A DNA stretch of 51,024 nucleotides, taken from positions 1 through 51,024 of the forward strand of contig JBBQLW010000001.1 of assembly GCA_038328315.1 (NCBI GenBank), written 5' to 3'. The notes under the pieces were generated by a model. That model made no database searches. It saw only the letters and a program-made list of their open reading frames with translations, and was not told the origin of the DNA. This DNA is from Actinomycetales bacterium (GTDB lineage: Bacteria > Actinomycetota > Actinomycetes > Actinomycetales > Microbacteriaceae). Made by a program: the position numbers and the translations under genes. This document shows positions 50,394 to 51,024 of the stretch, in pieces. The stretch's first letter is position 1, and each line of letters starts with the position of its first letter.

Positions 50394-50427
50394 CTGGTCT
50401 CACTCCCTGGGGAGCTAAGACCAGCGC
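50391..50427. terminator. Hairpin between convergent GNAT and qcrB
   Basis: gcgctggtct...agaccagcgc perfect 10-bp stem with inner ctcc/ggag. Confidence 0.65.
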
Positions 50428-50433
50428 TCGGGG

Positions 50434-51024
50434 TCAGTGTGTGGCGTCGTGGGCCCGCTCGAGCTCGGTGCGGGTGACTGGCGAGATCCGGTCTTCAAAG
50501 AACCAACTCGAGGCGGCAGCCCGAATGCGTTGCGCTGCCGTGATCTTGCCCTGTTCGTTGGGGCGGACCATGAGAGGCGTGTATTCGTCGAAACTCACGA
50601 GCTTCCAGCGCTCATAGTCATCGAGCTGTTCGTGAACTTCGATGTACTCACCGCTCGGAAGTCGAACGATGCGGCCGCTCTCGTAGCCGTGCAGAGCGAT
50701 CTCACGATCCTTCTTTTGGAGCGCAAGACAGATGCGCTTGGCAACGTGGTAGGCAACGATTGGGGCGACAACCAAAAGCACTTGAAGGCTATTGATGACT
50801 CCCTCGATGGTGACCCTGAAGTGCGTTGCGATGAGGTCCGAGCTTGCAGCAGTCCAAAGCACCGCGTAGAACGTCACACCAGCGGCACCGATCGCGGTGC
50901 GGGTCGGCGCGTTCCGGGGACGTTGAGCGATGTGGTGCTCGCGCTTATCGCCAGTGACCCACGCCTCAATGAAGGGGTAGAAGGCAACGACAGCCATGAA
51001 CACCGCGAGCCCGACGAGCGGAAC
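50434..51024 (-). CDS. qcrB: Cytochrome bc1 cytochrome b subunit (3' part, truncated by window edge)
   Basis: YPFIEAWVTGDKREHH, RPRNAPTRTAIG, HGYESGRIVRLPSGEYIEVH; convergent with ctaCDF. Confidence 0.93.
   Translation of the reverse strand, partial: VPLVGLAVFMAVVAFYPFIEAWVTGDKREHHIAQRPRNAPTRTAIGAAGVTFYAVLWTAASSDLIATHFRVTIEGVINSLQVLLVVAPIVAYHVAKRICLALQKKDREIALHGYESGRIVRLPSGEYIEVHEQLDDYERWKLVSFDEYTPLMVRPNEQGKITAAQRIRAAASSWFFEDRISPVTRTELERAHDATH

Overview
A gene-dense, high-GC core-genome segment of an actinobacterium, most likely Microbacteriaceae (inferred from gene order and protein sequences). In order: 3' end of a GarA-like FHA gene, two MerR regulators (FtsR/Rv1828-like and McdR/Rv1830-like), a ParA-family ATPase, pyc, a MinD/ParA-like ATPase, def, an acyl-CoA ligase, ROK glucokinase, PlsC-like acyltransferase, class II DAHP synthase, a 4-PASTA PknL-type kinase, a 3xLysM wall hydrolase, an Rv2175c-like protein, polyprenyl synthase and DUF3040. 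Then the dcw cluster (mraZ to divIVA, with an mraW RNA motif but no murE), lspA, rluA, dnaE, a flavin reductase, hisD, nrdR, pyrD, DUF3043, an M20 dipeptidase, erpA, ctaC/D/F, a GNAT and the 3' end of qcrB. I see no mobile element, CRISPR array, rRNA/tRNA, intein or pseudogene, and no clearly novel multi-gene system. The best signals are: (i) a 32-bp box shared by the ftsZ and mcdR-like promoters, plus phased CGACAC (WhiA-type) sites; (ii) clean absence of murE; (iii) exactly two Cys in each of FtsL, FtsI, MraY and FtsW; (iv) tandem micro-duplications starting at stop codons; (v) many leaderless promoters and stop codons that double as -10 hexamers. All calls are by eye; no database searches were run.
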